From the NCBI RefSeq assembly GCF_058153355.1, contig NZ_CM177019.1: a stretch of DNA of 64,000 nt; one strand, 5' to 3'. Positions 1-15,641 of the stretch are shown here, in pieces. The notes under the pieces are model-generated. The model was not told the origin of the DNA. It made no database searches and worked only from the letters and a program-made list of their open reading frames with translations. Both the position numbers and the translations under genes were made by a program. Within the stretch, counting starts at the first letter, position 1, and every line of letters begins with the position of its first letter.

Positions 1-285
1 TTGCTGATACAGCACCAGCTCTGCCACATCCGCAGGTAAATCATCACGATGTAAAAGTTCACCTTCCAGAGAATGCACGCGCGTTCCGTTGCCGGTAATC
101 AAATACGCATCCAGCGATAGCGCCCCGAGAATATGCTGCATCTCCAGCGCATGACGACCTGTGGCGAAAGTGAGGGTAATGTCGCGTTCACGCAGTCGTG
201 CCAAAGTAGAGAGTGTTTTCTCACCTAAATGATGGTCAGGCATCAATAAAGTGCCGTCCATATCAAATGCTGCCAGACGAGCCAT
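1..285 (-). CDS. cof: HMP-PP phosphatase Cof, 5' part of gene only (N-terminal ~95 aa; gene continues past window start)
   Basis: Reverse complement of 283-285 is ATG followed by [12 protein letters not shown]..., the HAD-family Cof N-terminus; open to position 1; synteny next to ybaE. Confidence 0.8.
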
Positions 286-384
286 TTCTTTCTCCACTCT
301 GTGACACGGTTAATAGTGATTGAGTATCACCTGATATATACGGAAGTAATAGTGAATAGTTAAATAATATTGTTCCGGGTTTAT

Positions 385-2085
385 ATGCGACTGCTCAACC
401 GTCTTAACCAGTATCAACGTCTGTGGCAACCTTCCGCCGGAAAGCCGCAAACCGTCACCGTCAGCGAACTGGCCGAACGCTGTTTTTGCAGCGAACGCCA
501 TGTTCGTACGCTGTTACGCCAGGCACAGGAGGCGGGATGGCTGGAGTGGCAGGCGCAGTCAGGACGCGGAAAGCGCGGTCAACTACGCTTTCTGGTCACG
601 CCAGAATCGCTACGCAATGCGATGATGGAACAGGCGCTGGAAACCGGAAAGCAGCAAGATGTGCTGGAGCTGGCGCAACTGGCCCCAGGTGAGCTGCGCA
701 CTCTGTTACAGCCGTTTATGGGCGGACAATGGCAAAACGATACGCCCACGTTGCGTATTCCCTACTATCGCCCGCTCGAACCGCTACAACCGGGCTTTTT
801 GCCCGGCCGTGCCGAGCAGCATCTCGCCGGACAGATATTTTCCGGCCTGACCCGCTTCGATAATCATACCCAGCGCCCGATTGGCGATTTAGCGCATCAC
901 TGGGAAACCTCTGCTGACGGGTTACGCTGGGACTTTTATCTTCGTTCAACCCTACACTGGCATAACGGCGATGCAGTAAAAGCCTCACACTTACACCAGC
1001 GGTTATTGATGCTGTTACAACTGCCAGCACTGGATCTATTATTTATTAGCGTGAAGCGTATTGAAGTCACCCATCCGCAGTGTCTGACCTTCTTTTTACA
1101 TCGCCCCGATTACTGGCTTGCGCACCGGCTGGCGAGCTACTGCAGCCATCTGGCGCATCCGCAATTCCCCCTGATCGGCACTGGTCCTTTTCGCTTAACA
1201 CAATTCACAGCGGAACTGGTGCGCCTGGAGAGCCATGATTATTACCATTTGCGTCATCCGCTGCTTAAAGCGGTTGAGTACTGGATAACTCCGCCGCTTT
1301 TCGAAAAAGATTTGGGAACCAGTTGTCGGCATCCCGTGCAAATCACTATCGGCAAACCTGAGGAGCTGCAACGGGTCAGCCAGGTCAGTAGTGGCATCAG
1401 TTTAGGTTTTTGCTATTTAACGTTGCGCAAAAGTCCCCGACTGTCCCTCTGGCAGGCGCGAAAAGTGATCTCCATTATTCATCAATCCGGTTTATTACAA
1501 ACGTTAGAAGTCGGAGAAAACCTGATCACCGCCAGTCATGCATTACTGCCTGGCTGGACTATTCCACAATGGCAAGTACCGGATGACGTCAAACTACCGA
1601 AAACCTTGACGCTGGTTTATCACCTACCGATAGAACTTCATACCATGGCAGAACGCCTACAGGCGACACTGGCCGCGGAAGGCTGTGAACTTACAATTAT
1701 TTTTCATAACGCAAAAAACTGGGACGACACGACCCTACTGGCACACGCAGACCTCATGATGGGCGACAGGTTAATTGGCGAAGCACCGGAATATACCCTG
1801 GAGCAATGGCTGCGTTGCGATCCACTGTGGCCACATGTTTTCAACGCTCCAGCATATGCACATTTGCAATCGACACTGGACGCGGTGCAAGTAATGCCTG
1901 ATGAGGAAAACCGATTTAATGCCCTGAAAGCGGTTTTTAGCCAGTTAATGGCAGATGCGACGCTGACGCCGCTGTTCAACTATCACTATCGCATTAGCGC
2001 CCCTCCCGGCGTGAACGGTGTGCGACTGACACCGCGAGGCTGGTTTGAATTTACCGAAGCCTGGCTTCCCGCGCCGTCGCAATGA
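385..2085 (+). CDS. ybaE: YbaE, SgrR-like N-terminal HTH plus periplasmic solute-binding-like domain protein
   Basis: ORF 370-2085; translation from MRLLNRLNQYQRLWQ matches remembered YbaE; start moved to ATG at 385. Confidence 0.85.
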   Translation: MRLLNRLNQYQRLWQPSAGKPQTVTVSELAERCFCSERHVRTLLRQAQEAGWLEWQAQSGRGKRGQLRFLVTPESLRNAMMEQALETGKQQDVLELAQLAPGELRTLLQPFMGGQWQNDTPTLRIPYYRPLEPLQPGFLPGRAEQHLAGQIFSGLTRFDNHTQRPIGDLAHHWETSADGLRWDFYLRSTLHWHNGDAVKASHLHQRLLMLLQLPALDLLFISVKRIEVTHPQCLTFFLHRPDYWLAHRLASYCSHLAHPQFPLIGTGPFRLTQFTAELVRLESHDYYHLRHPLLKAVEYWITPPLFEKDLGTSCRHPVQITIGKPEELQRVSQVSSGISLGFCYLTLRKSPRLSLWQARKVISIIHQSGLLQTLEVGENLITASHALLPGWTIPQWQVPDDVKLPKTLTLVYHLPIELHTMAERLQATLAAEGCELTIIFHNAKNWDDTTLLAHADLMMGDRLIGEAPEYTLEQWLRCDPLWPHVFNAPAYAHLQSTLDAVQVMPDEENRFNALKAVFSQLMADATLTPLFNYHYRISAPPGVNGVRLTPRGWFEFTEAWLPAPSQ

Positions 2086-2149
2086 ATAGCTGGTCCGGGT
2101 TAATCGCAGGCGTTACCATAACGCTTTTATTGTTCAAGCAGGATTATCT

Positions 2150-2845
2150 ATGAAACGTGCTGTCGTTGTGTTCAGTGGAGGCCAGGATTCCACCACCTGT
2201 CTGGTGCAGGCATTACAACAATATGATGAAGTCCATTGCGTGACGTTCGATTACGGTCAGCGACATCGCGCAGAAATCGACGTGGCACGCGAACTGGCGC
2301 TGAAACTGGGCGCTCGTGCACATAAAGTGCTGGATGTAACGCTGCTCAACGAACTGGCGGTCAGCAGCCTGACACGTGACAGCATTCCGGTGCCTGATTA
2401 TGAACCTGAAGCTGATGGCATCCCGAATACGTTTGTCCCTGGGCGTAATATTTTGTTCCTGACACTGGCGGCAATATATGCGTATCAGGTAAAAGCAGAA
2501 GCCGTAATTACCGGCGTCTGCGAAACGGATTTCTCCGGTTACCCGGATTGCCGCGATGAGTTTGTGAAAGCACTAAACCATGCCGTCAGTTTAGGCATGG
2601 CGAAAGATATTCGTTTTGAAACGCCGCTGATGTGGATTGATAAAGCGGAAACCTGGGCGCTGGCTGATTATTACGGCAAACTAGATTTAGTCCGTAACGA
2701 AACGTTGACCTGCTATAACGGCATTAAAGGCGACGGTTGCGGTCATTGTGCGGCGTGTAATTTACGCTCCAACGGTTTGCATCATTATCTGGCCGATAAA
2801 CCGACGGTGATGGCAGCGATGAAGCAGAAAACCGGGTTGAAGTAA
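2150..2845 (+). CDS. queC: 7-cyano-7-deazaguanine synthase
   Basis: 231 aa; [19 protein letters not shown]-loop ATPase motif and C-terminal Zn-binding Cys cluster (CGHCAAC). Confidence 0.95.
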   Translation: MKRAVVVFSGGQDSTTCLVQALQQYDEVHCVTFDYGQRHRAEIDVARELALKLGARAHKVLDVTLLNELAVSSLTRDSIPVPDYEPEADGIPNTFVPGRNILFLTLAAIYAYQVKAEAVITGVCETDFSGYPDCRDEFVKALNHAVSLGMAKDIRFETPLMWIDKAETWALADYYGKLDLVRNETLTCYNGIKGDGCGHCAACNLRSNGLHHYLADKPTVMAAMKQKTGLK

Positions 2846-2896
2846 TTATTCCGGGTGTCGCCGGATGCGGCTTGAGCATCCGGCACCACAAAACGT
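2846..2896. repeat. single REP-like unit (queC-fadM intergenic)
   Basis: GTCGCCGGATGCGGCTTGAGCATCCGGCACC. Confidence 0.5.
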
Positions 2897-3295
2897 TTAC
2901 TTAACCATCTGCTCCAGCTTTTCGCGCAATTCCCCTTCCAGAGCTAATGCTTTCTGCGTTTTAAGATCAATACAAACAAACGTAATAAGCGCATCCGCGA
3001 CCACCTGCCCTTCCGGCTCCAGTGTAATGACCTGGCTTAAGATGCCGCTTTTACCGTTTAATTGCTGCAACTGACTGGTAATGGTTAACAGGTCGCTTAA
3101 TACCGCCGGGCGACGATAGTTAATATTGATATTGACCACGACGAAGGCGATGTTATGGGCCGTCATCCACTGAAAACTGTCGCTATTTTCCAACCCATCC
3201 CAGCGGGCTTCTTCGAGAAACTCAAGGTAGCGGGCGTTGTTTACGTGCTGGTAAACGTCGAGATGATATCCACGAACTTTGATTTGTGTTTGCAT
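2897..3295 (-). CDS. fadM: long-chain acyl-CoA thioesterase III (hotdog fold)
   Basis: 132 aa ORF; MQTQIKVRGYHLDVYQHVNNARYLEF matches YbaW/FadM. Confidence 0.9.
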   Translation of the reverse strand: MQTQIKVRGYHLDVYQHVNNARYLEFLEEARWDGLENSDSFQWMTAHNIAFVVVNININYRRPAVLSDLLTITSQLQQLNGKSGILSQVITLEPEGQVVADALITFVCIDLKTQKALALEGELREKLEQMVK

Positions 3296-3348
3296 AGCGC
3301 AATAACCTTACGTTGTTGTTATAAGAACTGTTATAAGTGCAGAGGTCA

Positions 3349-3380
<32 letters not shown>

Positions 3381-3381
3381 T

Positions 3382-3827
<446 letters not shown>

Positions 3828-3828
3828 G

Positions 3829-5794
<1,966 letters not shown>

Positions 5795-5920
5795 GGTGTA
5801 ACAACACTCCGCTGTAGATGACTGTGTACCTCACGCAACGTATCGATGCGCGCAAAGGCCTATTGTGACAAGAAACGGGGGCAATTGTCAGCCCACAAGA
5901 CGCAGAAAGTCACCGAATAC

Positions 5921-5950
5921 AAATAAAAAAGGCACATCAGTAGATGCGCC
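5921..5950 (-). terminator. Rho-independent terminator of hupB
   Basis: GGCGCATC-tact-GATGTGCC hairpin followed by a U-tract on the minus strand, about 35 nt after hupB stop. Confidence 0.7.
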
Positions 5951-5985
5951 CTTGAACTTCGTCACATCCCCACTGGGGACAACGC

Positions 5986-6258
5986 TTAGTTTACCGCGTC
6001 TTTCAGTGCTTTACCTGCACGGAAGCTCGGTACTTTAGCGGCAGCGATGGTGATCTCTTTACCGGTCTGCGGGTTGCGGCCAGTACGGGCAGCACGCTCT
6101 TTAACGGCAAAAGTACCAAAACCTACCAGTGCTACATCATCCCCTTCTTTCAGAGATTCAGTTACGGAAGCAATAATAGCATCTAACGCACGGCCAGCCG
6201 CAGCTTTAGAGATATCAGCCCCTGCAGCAATCTTGTCGATCAATTGAGATTTATTCAC
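5986..6258 (-). CDS. hupB: DNA-binding protein HU-beta
   Basis: 90 aa; [50 protein letters not shown] is HU family. Confidence 0.97.
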
Positions 6259-6466
6259 TCTTCTCTTCCTCTTTATAATTTATATCGCACTTGAATCCTT
6301 CAAGGTACGAACGCGCAGCAGTTATATCAGGCCAGCCATCCCCTTACAACACCCCTTAATAAGGGCAAGCCCAATCCGCCATCTAACTTAGCGAGACAAA
6401 AAAAGGCTGGCAAGTCCGAATTAGCCTGCCAGCCCTGTTTTTATTAGTGCATTTTGCGCGAGGTCA

Positions 6467-8821
6467 CTATTTTGCAGTCACAACCTGCATGCCAGACGGT
6501 TCATTTTGCAGCGCCAGAGTCAGAACTTCCTCAATGCGTTTCACAGGATGAATGTCCAGATCAGCAATTACGTTGTCAGGAATCTCTTCCAGATCGCGTT
6601 TATTTTCGAACGGAATTAACACTGTTTTAATCCCGCCGCGATGCGCTGCCAGTAGTTTTTCTTTCAAACCACCGATCGGCAGTACCTGACCACGCAGAGT
6701 GATCTCACCGGTCATTGCCACATCGGCACGAACCGGGTTACCGGTCAGGCAAGAAACCAGCGCGGTGCACATAGCAATACCGGCACTCGGACCATCTTTC
6801 GGCGTCGCACCTTCCGGTACGTGGACGTGGATGTCGCGTTTTTCGTAAAAATCAGGGTTGATCCCCAGTTTTTCCGCACGCGCACGAACCACCGTTAACG
6901 CCGCCTGAATGGACTCTTGCATTACTTCGCCGAGCGAACCGGTATAGGTCAGTTTGCCTTTACCCGGAACGCACGCGGTTTCAATGGTCAGCAAGTCACC
7001 GCCCACTTCCGTCCACGCCAGACCAGTTACCTGACCGACACGGTTTTCGTTATCCGCGCGACCATAGTCGAAACGCTGAACACCGAGGTAGTCATGCAGG
7101 TTATCGCCGTTAATTTCGATATGTTTTAATGACTTATCGAGCAGTAACTGCTTAACCGCTTTGCGACACAGTTTGGAGATTTCACGCTCCAGGCCACGCA
7201 CGCCCGCCTCACGGGTGTAGTAACGAATAATGCCGATAATGGCGCTATCGTCGACGGTCAGTTCACCTTTTTTCAGTGCATTACGTTCAATCTGCTTCGG
7301 CAGCAGGTGACGTTTGGCGATGTTCAGTTTTTCATCTTCGGTATAACCGGAGAGGCGAATCACTTCCATACGATCCAGCAGCGGTGCCGGAATGTTCATG
7401 GAATTCGACGTCGCGACAAACATCACGTCGCTGAGATCGTAATCCACTTCCAGGTAGTGGTCGCTGAACGCTACGTTCTGCTCTGGATCCAGCACTTCAA
7501 GCAGTGCGGAAGCCGGATCGCCTCGCATGTCAGAAGACATTTTGTCGATCTCATCGAGCAGGAACAGCGGGTTTTTCACGCCCACTTTCGCCATTTTCTG
7601 GATCAGTTTACCCGGCATAGAACCGATGTAAGTACGGCGGTGACCACGGATTTCCGCTTCGTCACGCACGCCGCCCAGCGCCATACGAACATATTTACGT
7701 CCGGTAGCTTTGGCGATGGACTGACCAAGAGAAGTTTTACCTACCCCCGGCGGCCCTACCAGGCAGAGGATCGGTCCCTTGATTTTGTTGACACGGCTTT
7801 GAACCGCAAGATACTCAAGGATGCGATCTTTCACGCGCTCCAGACCATAATGGTCGGTATCAAGGATTTCCTGCGCCTGACGCAGGTCTTTTTTGACCTT
7901 GCTACGCGCATTCCACGGTACCTGTACCATCCAGTCGATATAACCACGCACTACGGTCGCTTCTGCCGACATCGGAGACATCATTTTCAGCTTCTGCAAC
8001 TCTGCTTCCGCTTTCTCTTTTGCCTCTTTCGGCATTTTCGCCGCGTCGATTTTGCGCTTCAGGGCTTCGTTTTCGTCCGGCGCGTCGTCCATTTCACCGA
8101 GTTCTTTCTGAATAGCTTTCATTTGCTCGTTCAGATAGTACTCACGCTGGGATTTCTCCATCTGCTTTTTAACGCGGTTGCGAATGCGTTTCTCAACCTG
8201 CAGCAGATCGATTTCCGATTCCATCATTGCCATCAGATATTCCAGACGTTCGTTGACGTCGGACATCTCCAGAACGGACTGTTTGTCAGCCAGTTTCAGC
8301 GGCATATGCGCAGCAATGGTATCCGCCAGACGCGCCGGATCGTCGATGCTATTCAGCGACGTCAGCACTTCTGGTGGAATTTTTTTGTTCAGCTTGATGT
8401 AGCCTTCGAACTGGCTGATTGCAGTACGCACCAGCACTTCCTGTTCCCGCTCATCAATGGTCGGCGACTCCAGATACTCCGCCTTCGCAGAAAAGTGTTC
8501 GCCATTGTCAGAGAGCGCAGAAATACGCGCGCGCTGTAACCCCTCGACCAGCACTTTGACGGTGCCGTCAGGCAGTTTCAGCATCTGCAATATAGAGGCC
8601 ACGGTCCCGACGGTGAAAAGATCGTTTACACCCGGCTCATCCGTTGAAGCTTCTTTCTGCGCGACCAGCATAATTTTTTTATCATGGTCCATCGCCGCTT
8701 CCAGACAACGGATAGATTTTTCCCGCCCGACAAATAAGGGGATGACCATGTGCGGATAAACCACCACATCGCGCAGCGGCAATACGGGGATTTCAATGCG
8801 TTCAGAACGCTCAGGATTCAT
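6467..8821 (-). CDS. lon: ATP-dependent Lon protease
   Basis: ORF 6467-8866; conserved Lon start [25 protein letters not shown], Walker [10 protein letters not shown], protease Ser motif PKDGPSAG; start set to 8821. Confidence 0.96.
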   Translation of the reverse strand: MNPERSERIEIPVLPLRDVVVYPHMVIPLFVGREKSIRCLEAAMDHDKKIMLVAQKEASTDEPGVNDLFTVGTVASILQMLKLPDGTVKVLVEGLQRARISALSDNGEHFSAKAEYLESPTIDEREQEVLVRTAISQFEGYIKLNKKIPPEVLTSLNSIDDPARLADTIAAHMPLKLADKQSVLEMSDVNERLEYLMAMMESEIDLLQVEKRIRNRVKKQMEKSQREYYLNEQMKAIQKELGEMDDAPDENEALKRKIDAAKMPKEAKEKAEAELQKLKMMSPMSAEATVVRGYIDWMVQVPWNARSKVKKDLRQAQEILDTDHYGLERVKDRILEYLAVQSRVNKIKGPILCLVGPPGVGKTSLGQSIAKATGRKYVRMALGGVRDEAEIRGHRRTYIGSMPGKLIQKMAKVGVKNPLFLLDEIDKMSSDMRGDPASALLEVLDPEQNVAFSDHYLEVDYDLSDVMFVATSNSMNIPAPLLDRMEVIRLSGYTEDEKLNIAKRHLLPKQIERNALKKGELTVDDSAIIGIIRYYTREAGVRGLEREISKLCRKAVKQLLLDKSLKHIEINGDNLHDYLGVQRFDYGRADNENRVGQVTGLAWTEVGGDLLTIETACVPGKGKLTYTGSLGEVMQESIQAALTVVRARAEKLGINPDFYEKRDIHVHVPEGATPKDGPSAGIAMCTALVSCLTGNPVRADVAMTGEITLRGQVLPIGGLKEKLLAAHRGGIKTVLIPFENKRDLEEIPDNVIADLDIHPVKRIEEVLTLALQNEPSGMQVVTAK

Positions 8822-8954
8822 AGAGCTCTCTCTTAGTTTAATTTCCGCCAGGTAATCAGATGACACGACTGTGCTTCACGCCATCTATTAACATGTACGT
8901 CAGTATATGGGGATGTTTCCCCCACATTCAACGCCGAGAATAGAGGAAAAATTA

Positions 8955-8982
8955 AAGGGGAGATAAAATCCCCCCTTTTTGG
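8955..8982. terminator. bidirectional hairpin terminator between clpX and lon
   Basis: GGGGA-gataaaa-TCCCC followed by T-tract on plus and A/T-rich run on minus. Confidence 0.6.
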
Positions 8983-9008
8983 TTAACTAATTGTATGGGA
9001 ATGGTTAA

Positions 9009-10283
9009 TTATTCACCAGATGCCTGTTGCGCTTCCGGCTTGCCATAAATCAGCAACGGCTTGCTTTGACCATCAATTACCGATTCGTCGATAACCACTT
9101 TTTCGACGTCTTCCATGGACGGCAGATCGTACATGGTATCGAGCAGTGCGGCTTCTACGATGGAACGCAGGCCACGAGCACCGGTTTTACGCGCCATCGC
9201 TTTCTTAGCGATAGCATCCAGCGCCTCGTCACGGAATTCCAGATCCACGCCTTCCAGATTAAACAGCGCCTGATACTGCTTGGTCAGGGCGTTTTTCGGC
9301 TCTTTGAGGATCTGAATCAGAGCTTCTTCGCTCAGTTCATTCAACGTTGCGACAACCGGCAGACGACCAATGAACTCAGGGATCAGACCAAACTTGATCA
9401 GATCTTCCGGTTCAACCTGCGCCAGCAGCTCGCCTTCACTTGCTTTGTCAGATTTCGCTTTTACCGTCGCGCCAAAACCAATGCCGGAGCCTGTTTCTAC
9501 ACGATGGGAAATCACTTTATCCAGACCGGCAAACGCACCGCCACAGATAAACAGGATCTTAGAGGTATCAACCTGCAAGAATTCCTGCTGCGGATGTTTA
9601 CGCCCACCTTGCGGTGGAACAGCAGCTACCGTACCTTCGATCAGTTTCAACAGTGCCTGCTGTACGCCTTCACCGGAAACGTCTCGGGTAATGGACGGGT
9701 TGTCTGACTTACGAGAAATCTTGTCGATTTCATCGATGTAGACAATCCCGCGCTGCGCTTTCTGTACGTCGTAATCGCACTTTTGCAACAACTTCTGAAT
9801 GATGTTTTCAACGTCTTCGCCCACATAACCGGCTTCGGTCAGCGTGGTTGCATCGGCCATGGTGAACGGGACGTCCAGCAGGCGCGCCAGCGTTTCGGCC
9901 AGCAGCGTTTTACCGGAACCGGTCGGACCGATCAGCAGAATGTTACTTTTGCCCAACTCGACACCATTGCTGGTATCGCCGTTGCGCAGACGTTTGTAGT
10001 GGTTGTATACCGCGACCGCCAGCACTTTTTTCGCCTGTTCCTGACCGATAACGTAATCGTCCAGGTGGTTGCGAATTTCATGCGGCGTCGGTAGCGCACT
10101 GCGTTCACGATGCGGTGCAACTTCTTTAATCTCTTCGCGAATGATGTCGTTACATAAATCAACACATTCGTCGCAGATATACACGGATGGACCGGCAATC
10201 AGCTTGCGCACTTCATGCTGGCTTTTGCCGCAAAAAGAGCAATACAGCAATTTGCCTGAGCCATCTTTGCGTTTATCTGTCAT
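9009..10283 (-). CDS. clpX: ATP-dependent Clp protease ATP-binding subunit ClpX
   Basis: 424 aa; N-terminal zinc-binding CSFCGK...CDEC, Walker A GPTGSGKT. Confidence 0.97.
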
Positions 10284-10409
10284 GGGTCAAAACCTCTTCT
10301 TTGTTCTTTGTGCCGCACACGACGACGCAAATGCCATTCTCAGGCGCAAGCCGCTTTATAGCGTTGTGCCGCCCTGGATAAGTATAGCGGCACAGTTGCG
10401 CCTCTGGCA

Positions 10410-11033
10410 TCAATTACGATGGGTCAGAATCGAATCGACCAGACCGTATTCCACCGCTTCAGGGGCGGAAAGGAAGCGATCGCGCTCGGTGTCACGTTCA
10501 ATCTGTTCTAATGATTGACCCGTATGAAGCGCCATAAGTTCATTCATACGCCCTTTAACTTTCAGAATTTCACGGGCATGAATTTCGATATCGGTCGCCT
10601 GGCCCTGGTAGCCGCCCAACGGCTGGTGAATCATCACGCGCGAATTCGGCAGGCAGAAACGTTTACCTTTTGCCCCGGCGGTCAGCAAGAAAGCGCCCAT
10701 CGAGGCCGCCTGGCCCATGCAGATGGTGCTGACATCAGGCTTGATAAACTGCATGGTGTCATAGATAGACATCCCGGCAGTGATCACCCCGCCTGGGGAG
10801 TTAATGTACAGATAGATATCTTTTTCTGGGTTTTCTGCTTCCAGGAACAGCATCTGCGCCACAATCAGGTTAGCCATGTGGTCTTCAACCTGGCCAGTCA
10901 GAAAAATGACGCGTTCCTTAAGTAGACGAGAATAGATATCAAAAGAGCGCTCACCACGTGAGGTCTGTTCAATGACCATCGGCACCAGCGCCATATGGGG
11001 TGCAAAGTTATCTCGTTCGCCGCTGTATGACAT
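10410..11033 (-). CDS. clpP: ATP-dependent Clp protease proteolytic subunit ClpP
   Basis: 207 aa; [45 protein letters not shown], active-site GQAASMGA. Confidence 0.97.
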   Translation of the reverse strand: MSYSGERDNFAPHMALVPMVIEQTSRGERSFDIYSRLLKERVIFLTGQVEDHMANLIVAQMLFLEAENPEKDIYLYINSPGGVITAGMSIYDTMQFIKPDVSTICMGQAASMGAFLLTAGAKGKRFCLPNSRVMIHQPLGGYQGQATDIEIHAREILKVKGRMNELMALHTGQSLEQIERDTERDRFLSAPEAVEYGLVDSILTHRN

Positions 11034-11279
11034 TTCCGTCTCCTGGATAAAATTGAAAAAACCTGCTGTACCGATTGTAACCTTATGGACGGATTATCAG
11101 CTAGTCCCTGTGTTATGGGTACGGCATCACCATATTTCAAGCATAACAATCTTTTGTTGTTACGCTAACACCGAAAGAGGCTTTTCGCACGGTTCCATGC
11201 AAAATTCATGACAAAAAAAAGGCCCACCACCTGGCGGTGATGGGCCTTTGTGCGAATTTAGCGCGTTATGCTGCGTAAA

Positions 11280-12587
<1,308 letters not shown>

Positions 12588-12921
12588 TCAAAAAATCACA
12601 GTGCTCGGTCAACTCTTACCCCGCAAGCACAGGTTGTTGGCTTCGCGGAACCGGGATGTTCTTATAATCAATCACATTCCCTGTTACCAGAATCATCCCG
12701 AAAGCATTCAAATAGGACGCGGCATTATAGCGGCATCACTTTTATGAGTCGAGAACGGTTATTGCGCGCTGTCGCGTATTTTTTCACAATTCCCGGGCAA
12801 TTTTCGTCTGAATGCTGGGCAAAAAGCGCAAAATCCAGACAAAACAAAACGGCCCGCAGGCCGTTTTTCATAAAATCTTTAGCAACATACTGGAAAAGCG
12901 CCGACAGTTGCAAATGCGTTT

Positions 12922-13240
12922 TTACGCGATGCTTCCTGCTCCACGACAGGGAGGAGAGGCAAAGACGGTGTCCTGCAACCCTTCCCACTCCTTAATAGTG
13001 TAAGTATGCAGAGCCAGCGCATGAACGGTAGTAGAGAGTTCCTCCGCTAAAGTACTGTAAATCATTCGATGACGATTCAGAAAACGTTCACCCGTAAAAC
13101 GATCGCTGACCAGCACAACTTTAAAATGGCTTTCAGAGCCGGCTGGGACATTGTGACGATAGCTTTCATCCACTACTTCGAGGAATACGGGTTGGAACGC
13201 CGCCCTTAATTTTTCTTCTATCCGCTCACGTATCATCATG
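12922..13240 (-). CDS. bolA: stress-response transcriptional regulator BolA
   Basis: ORF 12922-13272; conserved start [15 protein letters not shown]; start moved to 13240. Confidence 0.9.
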
Positions 13241-13543
13241 AAATATCTCCTCCGACAACGCTGAGATGTCATCCATCCCTTTAAATACTAGCCGCTTTTA
13301 CCGTTTCCATTGCAGCTTAACAACAAATATTTAGGTTTCGTCCTGGTTTTTCCGTCAAGCGTATGAAGTTTACTGATTTAAAGATTGAAACACAGGCCTC
13401 GCATCAGCGTTTCTTTTACCAGGGGCGATTATTTCGTCAACATGATGAATTTACATGCCTTACCCACTTCCCCTCGCCGTTGGCAATGTTATGATGGCGG
13501 GAATTTTTACCAAACACGCTTAAGAGTCTCTGAGAGCCCGAAC

Positions 13544-14122
13544 ATGTTCAAAAAAATCCTCTTCCCGTTAGTTGCTCTGTTTATGCTTGCAGGATGCGCA
13601 AAACCGCCAACAACTATTGAAGTTTCACCGACGATAACACTGCCACAGCAGGATCCAAGCCTGATGGGCGTCACCGTAAGCATTAATGGTGCCGATCAGC
13701 GTACCGATCAGGCGCTGGCAAAAGTCACCCGCGATAATCAAATCGTTACCCTGACTGCCTCCCGAGATCTGCGTTTCCTGCTGCAAGAAGTGCTGGAAAA
13801 ACAGATGACCGCGCGTGGTTACATGGTTGGTCCGAATGGCCCGGTTAATCTGCAAATCATCGTTAGCCAACTGTATGCTGACGTGTCCCAGGGCAACGTG
13901 CGCTATAACATCGCCACCAAAGCGGATATCGCTATCATCGCTACCGCGCAGAATGGCAACAAAATGACCAAAAACTATCGTGCCAGCTACAACGTTGAAG
14001 GTGCGTTCCAGGCCTCCAACAAAAATATCGCCGATGCGGTTAACAGTGTGCTGACCGATACCATCGCTGATATGTCTCAGGACACCAGCATCCACGAATT
14101 CATCAAGCAGAACGCGCGTTAA
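13544..14122 (+). CDS. yajG: lipoprotein YajG
   Basis: ORF 13385-14122; lipoprotein signal MFKKILFPLVALFMLAGC with lipobox LAGC begins at ATG 13544. Confidence 0.85.
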   Translation: MFKKILFPLVALFMLAGCAKPPTTIEVSPTITLPQQDPSLMGVTVSINGADQRTDQALAKVTRDNQIVTLTASRDLRFLLQEVLEKQMTARGYMVGPNGPVNLQIIVSQLYADVSQGNVRYNIATKADIAIIATAQNGNKMTKNYRASYNVEGAFQASNKNIADAVNSVLTDTIADMSQDTSIHEFIKQNAR

Positions 14123-14165
14123 TTTCTGCCCTCTGGCCCGGTGCAAACCGGGCCTGTAGACGCCC

Positions 14166-15641
14166 ATGTCCAGTCAATATTTACGTATTTTTCAACAGCC
14201 ACGTTCAGCCATATTGCTGATTCTGGGTTTTGCTTCCGGGCTACCGCTCGCCCTGACATCCGGCACCTTACAGGCCTGGATGACGGTCGAGAATATCGAT
14301 CTTAAAACCATTGGTTTCTTCTCTCTGGTAGGCCAGGCTTACGTTTTTAAATTCCTCTGGTCACCGCTGATGGACCGCTACACGCCCCCATTTTTCGGGC
14401 GGCGGCGCGGTTGGCTGCTCGCCACGCAAATCCTGTTATTAGTCGCCATTGCGGCGATGGGTTTTCTCGAACCAGGCACCCAGCTCCGCTGGATGGCGGC
14501 ACTGGCGGTGGTGATCGCTTTTTGCTCTGCCTCCCAGGATATTGTCTTCGATGCGTGGAAAACCGATGTGCTCCCGGCAGAAGAGCGTGGTGCGGGCGCG
14601 GCAATCAGCGTGCTGGGTTACCGTTTAGGGATGCTGGTTTCCGGCGGGTTAGCCCTGTGGCTGGCAGATAAATGGCTGGGCTGGCAGGGCATGTACTGGT
14701 TGATGGCGGCGCTGTTGATCCCCTGTATTATCGCGACGTTGCTTGCACCAGAACCAACCGACACCATTCCTGTGCCAAAAACGCTGGAACAAGCGGTTGT
14801 TGCACCTCTGCGCGATTTCTTTGGTCGCAATAATGCCTGGCTTATTTTGCTTCTTATCGTGCTGTATAAGCTGGGCGACGCATTCGCCATGAGCCTGACA
14901 ACCACGTTTTTGATTCGCGGCGTCGGGTTTGATGCAGGTGAAGTAGGCGTGGTTAACAAAACGCTTGGCTTGCTGGCGACCATTGTTGGCGCGTTGTACG
15001 GTGGGATTTTGATGCAGCGCCTGTCACTGTTCCGAGCACTGCTGATTTTCGGCATTTTACAAGGTGCATCTAACGCCGGTTACTGGCTGCTGTCGGTTAC
15101 TGATAAGCATCTCTACAGCATGGGCGCAGCCGTCTTTTTCGAAAACCTCTGTGGCGGGATGGGTACATCAGCCTTTGTCGCGCTGTTAATGACGCTGTGT
15201 AATAAGTCATTTTCCGCTACTCAATTTGCCCTGCTCTCAGCGCTTTCTGCTGTAGGGCGAGTTTATGTCGGCCCCGTGGCGGGTTGGTTTGTTGAATCAC
15301 ACGGTTGGTCGACGTTCTATCTTTTTTCCGTCGCCGCCGCCGTACCAGGGCTTATTTTATTGCTGGTTTGCCGCCAGACGCTTGAATATACACGGGTAAA
15401 TGACAACTTTATCTCCCGCACCGAGTATCCGTCAGGTTATGCCTTTGCCATGTGGACACTGGCGGCGGGCGTCAGCCTGTTGACCGTGTGGTTACTGCTG
15501 TTGACGATGGACGCGCTGGATTTGACGCACTTCTCTTTTCTGCCTGCTCTGCTGGAAGTCGGGGTTTTAGTCGCCCTTTCTGGCGTCGTGCTTGGTGGTT
15601 TGCTGGATTATCTGGCGCTACGAAAAACGCATCTGACGTAA
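14166..15641 (+). CDS. ampG: anhydromuropeptide permease AmpG (MFS)
   Basis: 491 aa multi-TM MFS protein; synteny yajG-ampG-cyoA. Confidence 0.95.
   Translation: MSSQYLRIFQQPRSAILLILGFASGLPLALTSGTLQAWMTVENIDLKTIGFFSLVGQAYVFKFLWSPLMDRYTPPFFGRRRGWLLATQILLLVAIAAMGFLEPGTQLRWMAALAVVIAFCSASQDIVFDAWKTDVLPAEERGAGAAISVLGYRLGMLVSGGLALWLADKWLGWQGMYWLMAALLIPCIIATLLAPEPTDTIPVPKTLEQAVVAPLRDFFGRNNAWLILLLIVLYKLGDAFAMSLTTTFLIRGVGFDAGEVGVVNKTLGLLATIVGALYGGILMQRLSLFRALLIFGILQGASNAGYWLLSVTDKHLYSMGAAVFFENLCGGMGTSAFVALLMTLCNKSFSATQFALLSALSAVGRVYVGPVAGWFVESHGWSTFYLFSVAAAVPGLILLLVCRQTLEYTRVNDNFISRTEYPSGYAFAMWTLAAGVSLLTVWLLLLTMDALDLTHFSFLPALLEVGVLVALSGVVLGGLLDYLALRKTHLT

Noticed and set aside
7307-8539. 410-aa ORF on the plus strand
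   Set aside because: Lies entirely antisense within lon, has no recognisable protein features and is rich in Arg/His/Phe typical of shadow frames; artefact of the opposite-strand gene.
13385-13543. N-terminal extension of the yajG ORF (start at 13385)
   Set aside because: The lipoprotein signal peptide with lipobox begins at the internal ATG 13544; the extension would bury the signal peptide and overlaps the bolA/yajG divergent promoter region.
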